Shown: positions 1 through 9,364, numbered from the stretch's first letter. The stretch: 35,645 nt of DNA from an uncultured Clostridia bacterium (GCA_947628925.1 CANRBU010000002.1:1-35645); one strand, 5' to 3'. Notes: generated from the letters alone by a model not told the origin. Made by a program: numbers and translations.

Positions 1-8
1 AAATAAAT

Positions 9-84
9 GGGCCATTAGCTCAGCTGGTAGAGCAGCAGACTCTTAATCTGACGGTCGGAGGTTCGAACCCTCTATGGCTCACCA
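9..84 (+). tRNA. tRNA-Lys (anticodon CUU), CCA encoded
   Basis: Cloverleaf read by eye. Acceptor GGGCCAT/ATGGCTC; D arm GCTC-AGCTGGTA-GAGC; anticodon arm GCAGA-CTCTTAA-TCTGA (U33, CTT, A37; ordinary 7-nt loop); T arm GGAGG-TTCGAAC-CCTCT; discriminator A + CCA. Confidence 0.9.
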
Positions 85-95
85 AAAACTTAGGG

Positions 96-134
96 ACAAG
101 CGACTTCTGTAAGTTGCTTGTTTTTATATTTTTT
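96..134 (+). terminator. Rho-independent terminator after tRNA-Lys
   Basis: 11-bp stem ACAAGCGACTT / AAGTTGCTTGT (one G-U pair), 4-nt loop, followed by a TTTTTATATTTTTT run. Confidence 0.6.
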
Positions 135-199
135 CAAATTCCCAACTTTTTCCCGACTTAGGTTTTAACTTTTTACAAATAGAAGATAATAAAAAAGAG

Positions 200-228
200 T
201 TTACAAATAACATAAAATATGGTAATAT
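200..228 (+). promoter_or_regulatory. Sigma-A-type promoter of the S-box leader
   Basis: TTTACA (200-205), 17-nt spacer, TAATAT (223-228) preceded by TGg (extended -10). It lies about 30 nt upstream of the riboswitch P1 helix. Confidence 0.4.
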
Positions 229-256
229 AATTAATGTAAAATAAAAATTAAATATA

Positions 257-395
257 ATCTTATAAAGAGATGGAGATGTTAAGAGATGTGCTCGAAGCTC
301 CACAGCAACCTGCTATAAAAGCAAGGTGCTAATTCACAATATATGAGATAACTTATATACGGCTTGTAAGAGTAGTTATCTTACAAGTTTTTTCT
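257..395 (+). promoter_or_regulatory. SAM-I (S-box) riboswitch with terminator/antiterminator expression platform
   Basis: S-box signatures: ATCTTATAAAGAG (257-269), GCAACC (305-310), GGTGCTAATTC (325-335). P1 is ATCTTATA/TATGAGAT (257-264 / 342-349). Terminator CTTGTAAGA (363-371)/TCTTACAAG (379-387) + T6. A competing antiterminator AGATAACT (346-353)/AGTTATCT (374-381) is present. No obvious P4 hairpin between the GGTGCTAATTC box and the 3' P1 strand. Confidence 0.75.
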
Positions 396-424
396 TCTTT
401 ATAAGATTAGGAAAGAAGGTAAAA

Positions 425-1288
425 ATGGGAAAGAATTTTGATTATCTTATGAAGAACATGACACACAATGGAAATGTAGCAGATTGGTTATGGCAGATAA
501 AAATATTTTTTGGAGAAGAGCAAGCAGAAAAATTTTGTGAACATTTTATATCGGCACATCAAATACTTAGAGTAAACGACATAAGAAATATTATAGGCAA
601 CTATAACTTTTCAGTATACTCTTGTAGTGAAAAAGAACAAATTGCATTTTTCAGCATATATAGACCTATAAATAGAGAAGAACATATAATAAAGAATTTA
701 GAAAATGGCTTTGAAAAAGCACAAAAACTATATAGAAATAGAGATATTGAATTTTCTAAAAGCATTAAAAAATTAGGATATTCATATTCAACTACATATG
801 CAAACTGGAAAGAAAAAAGTAATAAAGATACATACCAAAAAGAATATGTATTTATTATATTTAGCGAAAAAGATAATCCTGAAGAATTTAAAAACAATAT
901 GATAAAATTAGCAATAAAATATAATATAAAACAAATATTAATAACAGATAAAATAATAGATAAAACTCCTAAAATGATAATAGGGTCAAAACAATATAAT
1001 GTACCAAACGGAGAAACAATAAAAGAAACAAAAGATACAACAATAGAAACGGTAGAAAAATATTTATCAGAAATAATAGGTTCAAAAGTATTATTTAAAG
1101 TTCCTTATGAGAAAAATAAAACTATAATATACTATGAAAATAATAAATTAAGCAATTATTATAGTAAAAATAAACAAGAAAAAGTAAAAAATATGAAGCC
1201 ATATAGTTATAATAGTACTATGGTACGAAATTCATTAATAAATAAATTTAATAGAGAAAATTATAATATTCCTACTTCCAAAATATAG
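425..1288 (+). CDS. Hypothetical protein (287 aa), soluble, Lys/Asn-rich, no recognisable family
   Basis: Long ORF in AT-rich DNA, RBS GGAAAGAAGG upstream, directly downstream of the S-box terminator. I recognise no motifs. Confidence 0.6.
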   Translation: MGKNFDYLMKNMTHNGNVADWLWQIKIFFGEEQAEKFCEHFISAHQILRVNDIRNIIGNYNFSVYSCSEKEQIAFFSIYRPINREEHIIKNLENGFEKAQKLYRNRDIEFSKSIKKLGYSYSTTYANWKEKSNKDTYQKEYVFIIFSEKDNPEEFKNNMIKLAIKYNIKQILITDKIIDKTPKMIIGSKQYNVPNGETIKETKDTTIETVEKYLSEIIGSKVLFKVPYEKNKTIIYYENNKLSNYYSKNKQEKVKNMKPYSYNSTMVRNSLINKFNRENYNIPTSKI

Positions 1289-1331
1289 AAGAATTAAATT
1301 ATACAAAAGAGTGAACATCTTTCAACAAATA

Positions 1332-1360
1332 TTGACAAATAGCAAAAATTAAAGTATTAT
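1332..1360 (+). promoter_or_regulatory. Sigma-A-type promoter in front of metK
   Basis: TTGACA (1332-1337), 17-nt spacer, TATTAT (1355-1360), about 40 nt upstream of the metK start. Confidence 0.45.
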
Positions 1361-1400
1361 AAATAAGTTATAGAAAACAAAATAAAAAGGAGAAAATATA

Positions 1401-2540
1401 ATGCAAAAAATGAACAAATATTATTTTACAAGTGAAAGTGTAACAGAAGGACATCCAGACAAACTATGTGATTACATATCAGACAGTCTACTAGACGCAT
1501 ATATAGAAAAAGACCCAAATGCAAGAATAGCAATAGAAACATTTGCAGCAAAAAATGAAATCACAATAGCAGGACAAGTAACATCAACAGCAAAAATAGA
1601 AACAAAACAAGTAGAACAAATAGTAAGAAACACAATCCAAGAAATAGGATATCAAGACAGCGAAATAGACATAGATTATAAAACATGCAAAATAAACATA
1701 AACATAACAGAACAAAGTGCAGACATAGCACTAGGAGTAGACGTAGGAGGAGCAGGAGATCAAGGTATAATGTTTGGATACGCAACAGACGAAACACCAA
1801 ACTACATGCCATATCCAATAGCAATAGCACATAAACTAGCACAAAAACTAACACAAGCAAGAAAAGAAAAAATAATACCATACTTAAGACCAGACGGAAA
1901 AACACAAGTAACCGTAGAATATGAAGACGATAAACCAAAAAGAATAGAAACAATATTAATATCAACACAACACACAAAAGAAGTCAGTATGGAAACAATA
2001 AAAAAAGACATAAAAAAATATATAATAGACGAAGTAATACCAAAAAACATAATAGATGAAAATACAAAAATTTATATAAACCCAACAGGAAGATTTATCA
2101 TAGGAGGACCACTAGGAGACACCGGATTAACAGGAAGAAAAATAATAGTAGACACCTATGGAGGAATGGCAAGACATGGGGGAGGAGCATTTTCAGGAAA
2201 AGACCCAAGCAAAGTAGACCGCTCAGGAGCATACATGTTAAGACACATAGCAAAAAACATAGTAGCAAACAAACTAGCAAAAAAATGCGAAATACAAATA
2301 TCATATGCAATAGGAATGAAAGAACCACTATCAATTTGGATAAATACATACGGAACAAACACAATACCAGAAGAAGAAATAATACAAATAATCAAAAAAA
2401 ATTATGATTTAACACCAGAAGGAATAATAAAATACTTAAACTTAAAACAACCAATTTACAAAAAAACAACAAACTATGGTCACTTTGGAAAAGACGAATT
2501 ACCATGGGAACAAATAAAAAAATTAGAAATTTCACAATAA
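1401..2540 (+). CDS. metK: S-adenosylmethionine synthetase
   Basis: 379 aa with SESVTEGHPDKLCD, GAGDQGIMFGYA, GRFIIGGPLGDTGLTGRKIIVDTYGG and GGAFSGKDPSKVDRSGAY motifs. RBS AAGGAG. Confidence 0.97.
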   Translation: MQKMNKYYFTSESVTEGHPDKLCDYISDSLLDAYIEKDPNARIAIETFAAKNEITIAGQVTSTAKIETKQVEQIVRNTIQEIGYQDSEIDIDYKTCKININITEQSADIALGVDVGGAGDQGIMFGYATDETPNYMPYPIAIAHKLAQKLTQARKEKIIPYLRPDGKTQVTVEYEDDKPKRIETILISTQHTKEVSMETIKKDIKKYIIDEVIPKNIIDENTKIYINPTGRFIIGGPLGDTGLTGRKIIVDTYGGMARHGGGAFSGKDPSKVDRSGAYMLRHIAKNIVANKLAKKCEIQISYAIGMKEPLSIWINTYGTNTIPEEEIIQIIKKNYDLTPEGIIKYLNLKQPIYKKTTNYGHFGKDELPWEQIKKLEISQ

Positions 2541-2548
2541 AAACAAAA

Positions 2549-2584
2549 AATTCCAGCGATTTATCACTGGAATTTTTCTTTTCG
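2549..2584. terminator. Bidirectional terminator between convergent metK and the capA-family gene
   Basis: AATTCCAG ... CTGGAATT stem flanked by an A-run (5') and a T-run (3'). Confidence 0.6.
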
Positions 2585-2605
2585 AAAGACTCTTAAAATA
2601 TAAAA

Positions 2606-3985
2606 TTATTGCAAAATTTCCTCACCAACAATAGATTTAATTTTTTTCAACTGAACAACTAAGTCATTATATTTAGCCTTACCAATAGAAGTATCATAGC
2701 CCTCTTCGTAACTTTTAATAACATTATTAATATCCAAAACTCTAAATTTATGTGAAGAAGCACTAGGATTTTTATACATATTTATAGGAATATAGGTAAC
2801 CTTATCAATAGAAATAGAACCTTCAGCAGAGCGAGTAATACGCAAATTCAAGATTATAGAATTACGAGTATTTTCAGCATTCTGATCACAAATAAAATTA
2901 CCCAAAGCATAAATAACAAAACAATCCTTTGTAGAACCATCAGGCAAAGAAACAGTTCTCTTTTCCATAGGCTCCAAAGTATGAGGATGATTTCCCAAAA
3001 TAATATCAACACCATTTTGGAACAAAAAATCAGCCAAATCTTTTTGCTCATCATTTGCAGTTGTACGATACTCAGTGCCCCAATGCATGCAAGCAACAAT
3101 CAACTGAGCACCTTCAGCCTTAGCAGTATCCAACTGAGACTTAATAAAATCTTTATTAATTAAATTCACGCAAAAAGGCTTATCACTAGGAAGCGGAATA
3201 CCATTAGTACCATAAGTATAATTTACAAAAGCAATTTTAGTACCTTTTACATATTTGTACAAAATTTTCTCACTATCCTCTTGAGTTTTATAAGTTCCCA
3301 AATGTGATAAATGATATCCATCCAAAACATCAATAGTTCTAGACAACCCAGAAAACCCCATATCCAAACAATGATTACCAGCAGTAGAAAGAACGTCAAC
3401 GCCAATTCTGCGTAAGCAATAAGCCAAATTATCAGGAGAATTAAATCTAGGATAATTGCTATAACCAACATCACTACCAGCAAAACTCGTCTCTAAACTA
3501 CCAACAGTAATATCAGGAGACATAGTATATTTAGAAATATCAGAAAAAACATAAGAAAAATCATATTCAGAAGTAGATTTATCATAAGCATCCATATATT
3601 GAGTATTATGACACATAACATCACCTATAGCACACAAAGTAAAAGAACGAGCACCATCAAGAGCAGAAAAATCTTCCTCTTTCTCCTCTAAAAGTTCAGG
3701 AGAAGTATACAAAGCTTCAGAATCACTTTCATCTTGAACAGAAACCACATCTTTTTTCTCATCAGCTAAAACTTCAACCTTTTGAACATCATATTCAACT
3801 GAATTTTTAGAATTATTAACAAAAAACAATTTAGTAGCGGAAAACGCAATCAAAAAAATAAGAAACAAAATTAACGCAATACAAACAACAGTAGAAGTAT
3901 TTACACTCAAAATACGCTCGAAAAGAGAAAGTCTGCGAGACCTTTTTCCTCTAGGATTTCTCGCCATAAAAACACCCCAATTCAT
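2606..3985 (-). CDS. CapA-family (PGA_cap, metallophosphoesterase-like) membrane-anchored protein
   Basis: N-terminal TM helix, then GDVMCH, GNHCLD, HWGTEY and GNHPH motifs typical of CapA/PGA_cap proteins. An alternative start at the second ATG (3967, MARNPRG...) is preceded by GGGGTG. Confidence 0.85.
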   Translation of the reverse strand: MNWGVFMARNPRGKRSRRLSLFERILSVNTSTVVCIALILFLIFLIAFSATKLFFVNNSKNSVEYDVQKVEVLADEKKDVVSVQDESDSEALYTSPELLEEKEEDFSALDGARSFTLCAIGDVMCHNTQYMDAYDKSTSEYDFSYVFSDISKYTMSPDITVGSLETSFAGSDVGYSNYPRFNSPDNLAYCLRRIGVDVLSTAGNHCLDMGFSGLSRTIDVLDGYHLSHLGTYKTQEDSEKILYKYVKGTKIAFVNYTYGTNGIPLPSDKPFCVNLINKDFIKSQLDTAKAEGAQLIVACMHWGTEYRTTANDEQKDLADFLFQNGVDIILGNHPHTLEPMEKRTVSLPDGSTKDCFVIYALGNFICDQNAENTRNSIILNLRITRSAEGSISIDKVTYIPINMYKNPSASSHKFRVLDINNVIKSYEEGYDTSIGKAKYNDLVVQLKKIKSIVGEEILQ

Positions 3986-4142
3986 AATAAATTCTTTACC
4001 AAATTATCACAAAAATAAAAAAAAATCAATGAAAATGCATAAAAAAGACAAAAAAGCATAACATAATAAAAAACAAAGGGATAACAAAAGGTTAAAAAAA
4101 TACAATTAACCTAATTTATGCCTTAGAAAGGAATGTGATAAA

Positions 4143-4331
4143 ATGAAAATAGTAGATAAAATTGCATTAGCATTAGTTATCATAGGCGCAATAAATTGGG
4201 GATTAATAGGATTATTTAACTTCAATTTAGTAGCAGCAATTTTTGGAGACATGACAGTATTATCAAGAATTATATACGCACTAGTCGGAATATCAGGACT
4301 ATGGGCAATAAAATTATTATTTGAAGATTAA
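4143..4331 (+). CDS. DUF378 family small membrane protein
   Basis: 62 aa with two TM helices. IGAINWGLIGLFNFNLV is characteristic of DUF378 (YuzA-like). Confidence 0.8.
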   Translation: MKIVDKIALALVIIGAINWGLIGLFNFNLVAAIFGDMTVLSRIIYALVGISGLWAIKLLFED

Positions 4332-4336
4332 CAAAG

Positions 4337-4392
4337 AACTAAGAAAATTAAGAAAGAAATAATAAATTTCCTAATTTTCTTAGTTTCTTTTT
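4337..4392 (+). terminator. Terminator after the DUF378 gene
   Basis: About 14-bp stem GAACTAAGAAAATTA / TAATTTTCTTAGTT followed by TCTTTTT. Confidence 0.5.
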
Positions 4393-4404
4393 AAAATAGA
4401 ACAC

Positions 4405-4433
4405 TTGAAAAAACCAATAAAATAATATATAAT
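4405..4433 (+). promoter_or_regulatory. Sigma-A-type promoter of the ABC-F gene
   Basis: TTGAAA (4405-4410), 17-nt spacer, TATAAT (4428-4433). Confidence 0.5.
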
Positions 4434-4465
4434 AAGCACATACAAAACAAAAAGGAGGAACACCA

Positions 4466-6049
4466 ATGTTAACCACAAATGGCGTAACCGTAAGGTTTGG
4501 AAAAAGAGTTCTATTTGAAGATGTCAACATCAAATTTACAAAAGGCAACTGCTATGGAATAATAGGAGCAAATGGAGCAGGAAAATCAACATTTTTAAAA
4601 GTATTATCAGGAGAAATCGAATCTAGCAAAGGAGATGTAAGTTTAGAAAAAGGAGCAAGACTCTCAGTATTAAAACAAGATCACTTTGCATATGAAGAAT
4701 ATACAGTACTAGACACAGTAATCATGGGAAATAAAGAACTATATGATATAATGAAAGAAAAAGATGCAATATACAGCAAACCAGACTTTTCAGAAGAAGA
4801 CGGAATGAAAGCAGCAAAACTAGAAGAAAGATTTGCAGAACTAGATGGATGGAATGCGGAATCAGATGCAGCAATAATATTAAATGATTTAGGGATAAGC
4901 CCAGAAGACCACTATAAATACATGAAAGAAATAGAACCACGTGAAAAAGTAAAAATATTATTAGCACAAAGCCTATTTGGAAACCCAGACGTATTGCTAC
5001 TAGACGAACCAACAAACGACCTAGACCTAAAAAGCATAAACTGGTTGCAAGAATTTTTAATAAATTATGAAAACACAGTCATAGTCGTATCACACGACAG
5101 ATACTTTTTAAACAAAGTATGCACATACATAGCAGACGTAGACTTTGGAAAAATAACACTATATCCAGGAAACTATGACTTTTGGTATGAATCAAGCCAA
5201 TTAGCACAAAAACAAGCAAGAGAGCAAAACAAAAAGAAAGAAGAAAAAATGAAAGAACTACAAGACTTCATTGCAAGATTCAGTGCAAATGCATCAAAAT
5301 CAAAACAAGCCACATCAAGGAAAAAGACACTAGAAAAAATCCAATTAGAAGAAATCAAACCATCAAACAGAAAATATCCATATATAGACTTCAAACAAGA
5401 GCGAGAACCAGGAAAAGAAATACTACAACTAAAAAACATATCAAAAACAATAGATGGAGTAAAACTACTAGACAACATAAGCTTTACATTTAAACAAGAC
5501 AACAAAATAGCCATATTAGCAGATAATGAAAATGCAAAAACAGCACTATTCCAAATAATAGCAGGAGAAATGGAACCAGACTCAGGAGAAATAATATGGG
5601 GAACAACCATTACCAACAACTACTTTCCAAAAGACAATAGCTATCTATTTGAAACAGACGAAAACATCACAGAATGGCTAAGAAAATACTCAAAAGACCC
5701 AGACGAAACATATGTAAGAAGTTTTCTAGGCAGAATGTTATTTTCAGGAGACGAAGCTCTAAAAAATGTACAAGTATTATCAGGAGGAGAAAAAGTACGA
5801 TGTGTATTATCAAAAATGATGCTATCAGGAGCCAATTTTTTAATATTTGACGAACCAACAAACCACCTAGATATGGAAAGCATAACAGCACTAAACAATG
5901 GCATGAAAAACTTTAAAGGAAATATAATCTTCACATCACATGACCATCAACTAATGCAAACAGTAGCAAACAGAATAATAGACATCAAAGAAAACGGACA
6001 AGTAATAGACAAAGAAGTAACATACAACGAATACTTAGAAATTGAATAA
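4466..6049 (+). CDS. ABC-F family ATPase (two NBDs, no TM domain)
   Basis: 527 aa. NBD1 has GANGAGKST, LLLDEPTNDLD and a charged linker (QKQAREQNKKKEEKMKE). NBD2 has LSGGEKVR and LIFDEPTNHLD, but its Walker A is degenerate (ADNENAKT). Confidence 0.9.
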   Translation: MLTTNGVTVRFGKRVLFEDVNIKFTKGNCYGIIGANGAGKSTFLKVLSGEIESSKGDVSLEKGARLSVLKQDHFAYEEYTVLDTVIMGNKELYDIMKEKDAIYSKPDFSEEDGMKAAKLEERFAELDGWNAESDAAIILNDLGISPEDHYKYMKEIEPREKVKILLAQSLFGNPDVLLLDEPTNDLDLKSINWLQEFLINYENTVIVVSHDRYFLNKVCTYIADVDFGKITLYPGNYDFWYESSQLAQKQAREQNKKKEEKMKELQDFIARFSANASKSKQATSRKKTLEKIQLEEIKPSNRKYPYIDFKQEREPGKEILQLKNISKTIDGVKLLDNISFTFKQDNKIAILADNENAKTALFQIIAGEMEPDSGEIIWGTTITNNYFPKDNSYLFETDENITEWLRKYSKDPDETYVRSFLGRMLFSGDEALKNVQVLSGGEKVRCVLSKMMLSGANFLIFDEPTNHLDMESITALNNGMKNFKGNIIFTSHDHQLMQTVANRIIDIKENGQVIDKEVTYNEYLEIE

Positions 6050-6091
6050 AAAGCAAGCACATTTATACACAAGAAAGGAAAGTGAAAACGC

Positions 6092-7936
6092 ATGGACAAA
6101 ATTAATAAAACAATAGCAGAAGAATTGCAGATAAAAGAAAGTCAAGTAGAATCAGCGGTAAAACTGATAGATGAAGGAAACACAATACCATTTATCGCAA
6201 GATATAGAAAAGAAGCAACAGGAGGACTAAGTGACGAAATACTTAGGGACTTAGGCGATAGACTAACATACTTAAGAAACCTAGAACAAAGAAAAGAAGA
6301 AGTAATCAAATCAATAGAAGAACAAGGAAAATTAACAGACGAAATTTTACAAGCAGTGGCAATTTGCAAAACCCTAGCAGAAGTAGAAGATATATATAGA
6401 CCATACAAGCAAAAGAAGAAAACACGAGCAACAGTAGCAAAAGCAAAAGGACTAGAACCACTAGCAGAAATAATAATAAAACAAGAAGAAACCACACCGA
6501 TAGAAGAAATAGCAAAACAATACATAAACATAGATAAATTAGACGACAAAGAAAAACAAGACAAAGATAAAGTAGTAGCAAATGCAGAAGAAGCAATTCA
6601 AGGAGCACTAGATATTATAGCAGAAAACATATCAGACAACAGTAAATACAGAAAAGAAATAAAAAGACAATGCTACCGCGAAGCAGGAATAGAAACAAAA
6701 GCGGTAGATGAAGAACAAAAATCAAATTACGAAATGTACTATGACAAACAGGAACCAATCAAATACATACCAAGCCACAGAATACTAGCAATAAACAGAG
6801 GCGAAAAAGAAGAAATCTTAAAAGTAAAAATACAAAAACCAGAAGAAAAAATCATCAACTACATAGAAAGAGACATAATAAAAGGAGAAACACAATTCAC
6901 AAACATGCTAAAAGAAACAATACAAGACAGTTTCAAAAGATTAATAGAACCATCAATAGAAAGGGAAATACGCTCAGACCTAACGGAAAAAGCAGAAGAA
7001 AAAGCAATAAAAGTATTTGGACAAAATGCAAAACAACTACTATTAGGAGCACCAATCAAAGGAAAAACAGTAATGGGCTTTGACCCAGCATATAGAACAG
7101 GATGCAAAATTGCAGTAATAGACGAAACAGGAAAAGTTCTAGATTACACAACAGTATATCCAACAGAACCACAAAATGATATAGAAGGAGCCAAAAAAGA
7201 ACTACTAAAACTAATAGACAAAGACAAAATAGACATGATAGCAATAGGAAACGGAACAGCATCAAGAGAATCAGAAATGTTTGTTGCAGACATGATAAAA
7301 GAAGCAAAAAGAGAAATACACTACGCAATAGTAAGTGAAGCAGGAGCATCAGTGTACTCTGCATCAAAACTAGCAACAGAAGAATACCCAGACATAAATG
7401 TATCAATAAGAGGAGCAATATCAATAGCAAGAAGACTCCAAGATCCATTGGCAGAACTAGTAAAAATAGACCCAAAAGCAATAGGAGTAGGGCAATATCA
7501 ACATGATGTAAATCAAAAAAGACTAGCAGAAAGTCTTACGGGCGTAGTCGAAGACAGCGTTAACAAAGTAGGCGTAGATGTAAACACGGCAACACCATCA
7601 TTATTATCATATGTATCAGGCATAAACAACACAATTGCCAAAAACATTGTAAAATATAGAGACGAAAATGGAAAATTAAAAAACAGAAAAGAACTATTAA
7701 AAATTCCAAAACTCGGAAAAGTAGCATATGAACAATGCGCAGGATTCTTAAGAATACTAGACGGAGATAACCCATTAGAAATAACAGCAGTACACCCAGA
7801 AAGCTATGAAGCCACAGAAAAACTATTAGGCAAAATAGGTTTCAAAAAGCAAGACATAAAAGATAAAGAAAAACTAAGCGAAATGCAACAAAAACTAAAA
7901 ACAATAGACATAGCACGGAACAGCAAAAGAACTTGA
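6092..7936 (+). CDS. tex: Tex (transcription accessory protein), N-terminal 614 aa; reading frame broken before the S1 domain
   Basis: IPFIARYRKEATGGL (Tex N-terminus), YqgF-like and HhH regions (VNTATPSLLSYVSGI). The ORF ends 6 codons after an in-frame CGG at 7916-7918. Confidence 0.9.
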   Translation: MDKINKTIAEELQIKESQVESAVKLIDEGNTIPFIARYRKEATGGLSDEILRDLGDRLTYLRNLEQRKEEVIKSIEEQGKLTDEILQAVAICKTLAEVEDIYRPYKQKKKTRATVAKAKGLEPLAEIIIKQEETTPIEEIAKQYINIDKLDDKEKQDKDKVVANAEEAIQGALDIIAENISDNSKYRKEIKRQCYREAGIETKAVDEEQKSNYEMYYDKQEPIKYIPSHRILAINRGEKEEILKVKIQKPEEKIINYIERDIIKGETQFTNMLKETIQDSFKRLIEPSIEREIRSDLTEKAEEKAIKVFGQNAKQLLLGAPIKGKTVMGFDPAYRTGCKIAVIDETGKVLDYTTVYPTEPQNDIEGAKKELLKLIDKDKIDMIAIGNGTASRESEMFVADMIKEAKREIHYAIVSEAGASVYSASKLATEEYPDINVSIRGAISIARRLQDPLAELVKIDPKAIGVGQYQHDVNQKRLAESLTGVVEDSVNKVGVDVNTATPSLLSYVSGINNTIAKNIVKYRDENGKLKNRKELLKIPKLGKVAYEQCAGFLRILDGDNPLEITAVHPESYEATEKLLGKIGFKKQDIKDKEKLSEMQQKLKTIDIARNSKRT

Positions 7937-7946
7937 AATAGGTAAA

Positions 7947-8276
7947 ATGACATTAACAGACATAATCGCAGAACTATCAAAACCTGGAAGAGACCCAAGA
8001 GAAGACATGCCAAAACCAATATTACGTTCAGACGTCCTAAAAATTGAAGACCTAAAAGAAGGAATGATAGTAACAGGAACAGTAAGAAATGTCATTGACT
8101 TTGGAGCATTTGTAGACATCGGAATAAAACATGACGGATTAGTACACATATCAGAAATGAGTGACAAATACATAAAAAACCCAGCAAACATTGTATCAGT
8201 AGGAGATATAATAAAAGTCAAAGTAATAAAAATTGACTTAGAAAGACAAAAAGTAAGTTTATCAATGAAATTATAA
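7947..8276 (+). CDS. tex: Tex C-terminal S1 RNA-binding domain fragment (continuation of tex in the +1 frame)
   Basis: The frame is open from 7914 (…GTAKELEIGKMTLTDIIAELSKPGRDPRE…). S1 domain: GMIVTGTVRNVIDFGAFVDIGIKHDGLVHISE. Confidence 0.85.
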   Translation: MTLTDIIAELSKPGRDPREDMPKPILRSDVLKIEDLKEGMIVTGTVRNVIDFGAFVDIGIKHDGLVHISEMSDKYIKNPANIVSVGDIIKVKVIKIDLERQKVSLSMKL

Positions 8277-8294
8277 AAAAAGGAGTAAAAAACT

Positions 8295-9356
8295 ATGAGA
8301 AAAGGAATACCAAATGTAGAAAATCCAGAAAACAACACCTACAAAATCATAGCAGTAGACGACGAAATAGGAATCGTTGACTCACTATCAATTTTTCTAA
8401 AAAGAACGGGCTATCAATTTGTTGGAGTAACAGACCCAATGGAAGCGGTTGAAAAAGTAAAAAATGAACATTTTGATTTAATGATATTAGACTTTATCAT
8501 GACCCCATACCATGGAGACCAAGTAGTAGAAGAAATACGTAAATTCAACAAAAATTTATACATATTACTTTTAACAGGACACAAAGATTTAGCTCCACCA
8601 CTAGAAACAATAAAAAGACTTGATATACAAGGATACTGCGAAAAAAGTGATAAATTTGACCAATTACTATTACTAATAGAATCTGGAATAAAATCAATCA
8701 AACAAATGCAAGAAATACAACACATTAACCAAGAATTAACAGGAACATATGAAAAACTAGAAAAAGCATACCTAGAAAGTATAGAAACATTGAGACACAC
8801 AGTTGAAGCAAAAGACATATATACAAGAGGACACTCAGAAAGAGTAGCAGAATATTCTGTGTTAATAGGAAAAAAACTAGGGCTATCAGAAGAAGATCTA
8901 AAAATACTACACCTAGGAGGACTATTCCATGACATAGGGAAAATAGGAGTTCCAGACAGTATCTTGCAAAAACCATCAAGACTAACAGATAACGAATACT
9001 CACAAATAAAACAACACCCAAACATAGGAGTACACATTTTATCAAATGCATCAATATTCGAAAACATATTACCAATAGTAGAACATCATCACGAAAAATT
9101 TGATGGAACAGGATATCCTAGCAAACTAAAAGGAGACGAAATTCCATATTTTGCAAGAATAACATCAATAGCAGACAGTTTTGATGCAATGACATCTTGC
9201 CGTTCATATCGTGAAGAAATGCCAATAGAAACAGTAATAGACGAAATCAGGAAATGCTCAGGAACACAATTTGACCCAGAAATTAGTAAAGTATTTTTAG
9301 AAATATTAGAAAACGACTTTCCATCAATAGAACAAATTATGAACAGATATAAATAA
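8295..9356 (+). CDS. Response regulator with HD-GYP output domain (c-di-GMP phosphodiesterase type)
   Basis: REC domain (IIAVDDE..., DLMILDF, LLLTGH) followed by HDIGKIGVP and HHEKFDGTGYP motifs. Confidence 0.9.
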   Translation: MRKGIPNVENPENNTYKIIAVDDEIGIVDSLSIFLKRTGYQFVGVTDPMEAVEKVKNEHFDLMILDFIMTPYHGDQVVEEIRKFNKNLYILLLTGHKDLAPPLETIKRLDIQGYCEKSDKFDQLLLLIESGIKSIKQMQEIQHINQELTGTYEKLEKAYLESIETLRHTVEAKDIYTRGHSERVAEYSVLIGKKLGLSEEDLKILHLGGLFHDIGKIGVPDSILQKPSRLTDNEYSQIKQHPNIGVHILSNASIFENILPIVEHHHEKFDGTGYPSKLKGDEIPYFARITSIADSFDAMTSCRSYREEMPIETVIDEIRKCSGTQFDPEISKVFLEILENDFPSIEQIMNRYK

Positions 9357-9364
9357 AAATAAAA

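Noticed and set aside
9-84. Whether the only tRNA in the window could be a quadruplet-decoding or otherwise unusual tRNA explaining the CGG/+1 pattern
   Set aside because: The anticodon loop is a normal 7-nt CUCUUAA (Lys, CUU). The only oddity is a G-A mismatch at the top of the anticodon stem. It is unrelated to CGG.
1561-1977. Long antisense ORFs in the left arm (e.g. 1561-1977, 2098-2364, 4722-5015, 6306-6608, 7056-7481, 8725-9075, 18898-19314, 20452-20730), all Leu/Phe/Cys/Val-rich
   Set aside because: They lie antisense to well-supported genes and have low-complexity hydrophobic composition. The T-poor plus strand explains them: its complement is A-poor and therefore nearly free of stop codons. 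They are a symptom of the skew, not genes.
3967-3985. Whether the first six codons (MNWGVF) of the capA-family ORF are translated
   Set aside because: Not resolvable by eye. The second ATG (3967) has GGGGTG upstream, but I kept the longest ORF. This does not affect the functional call.
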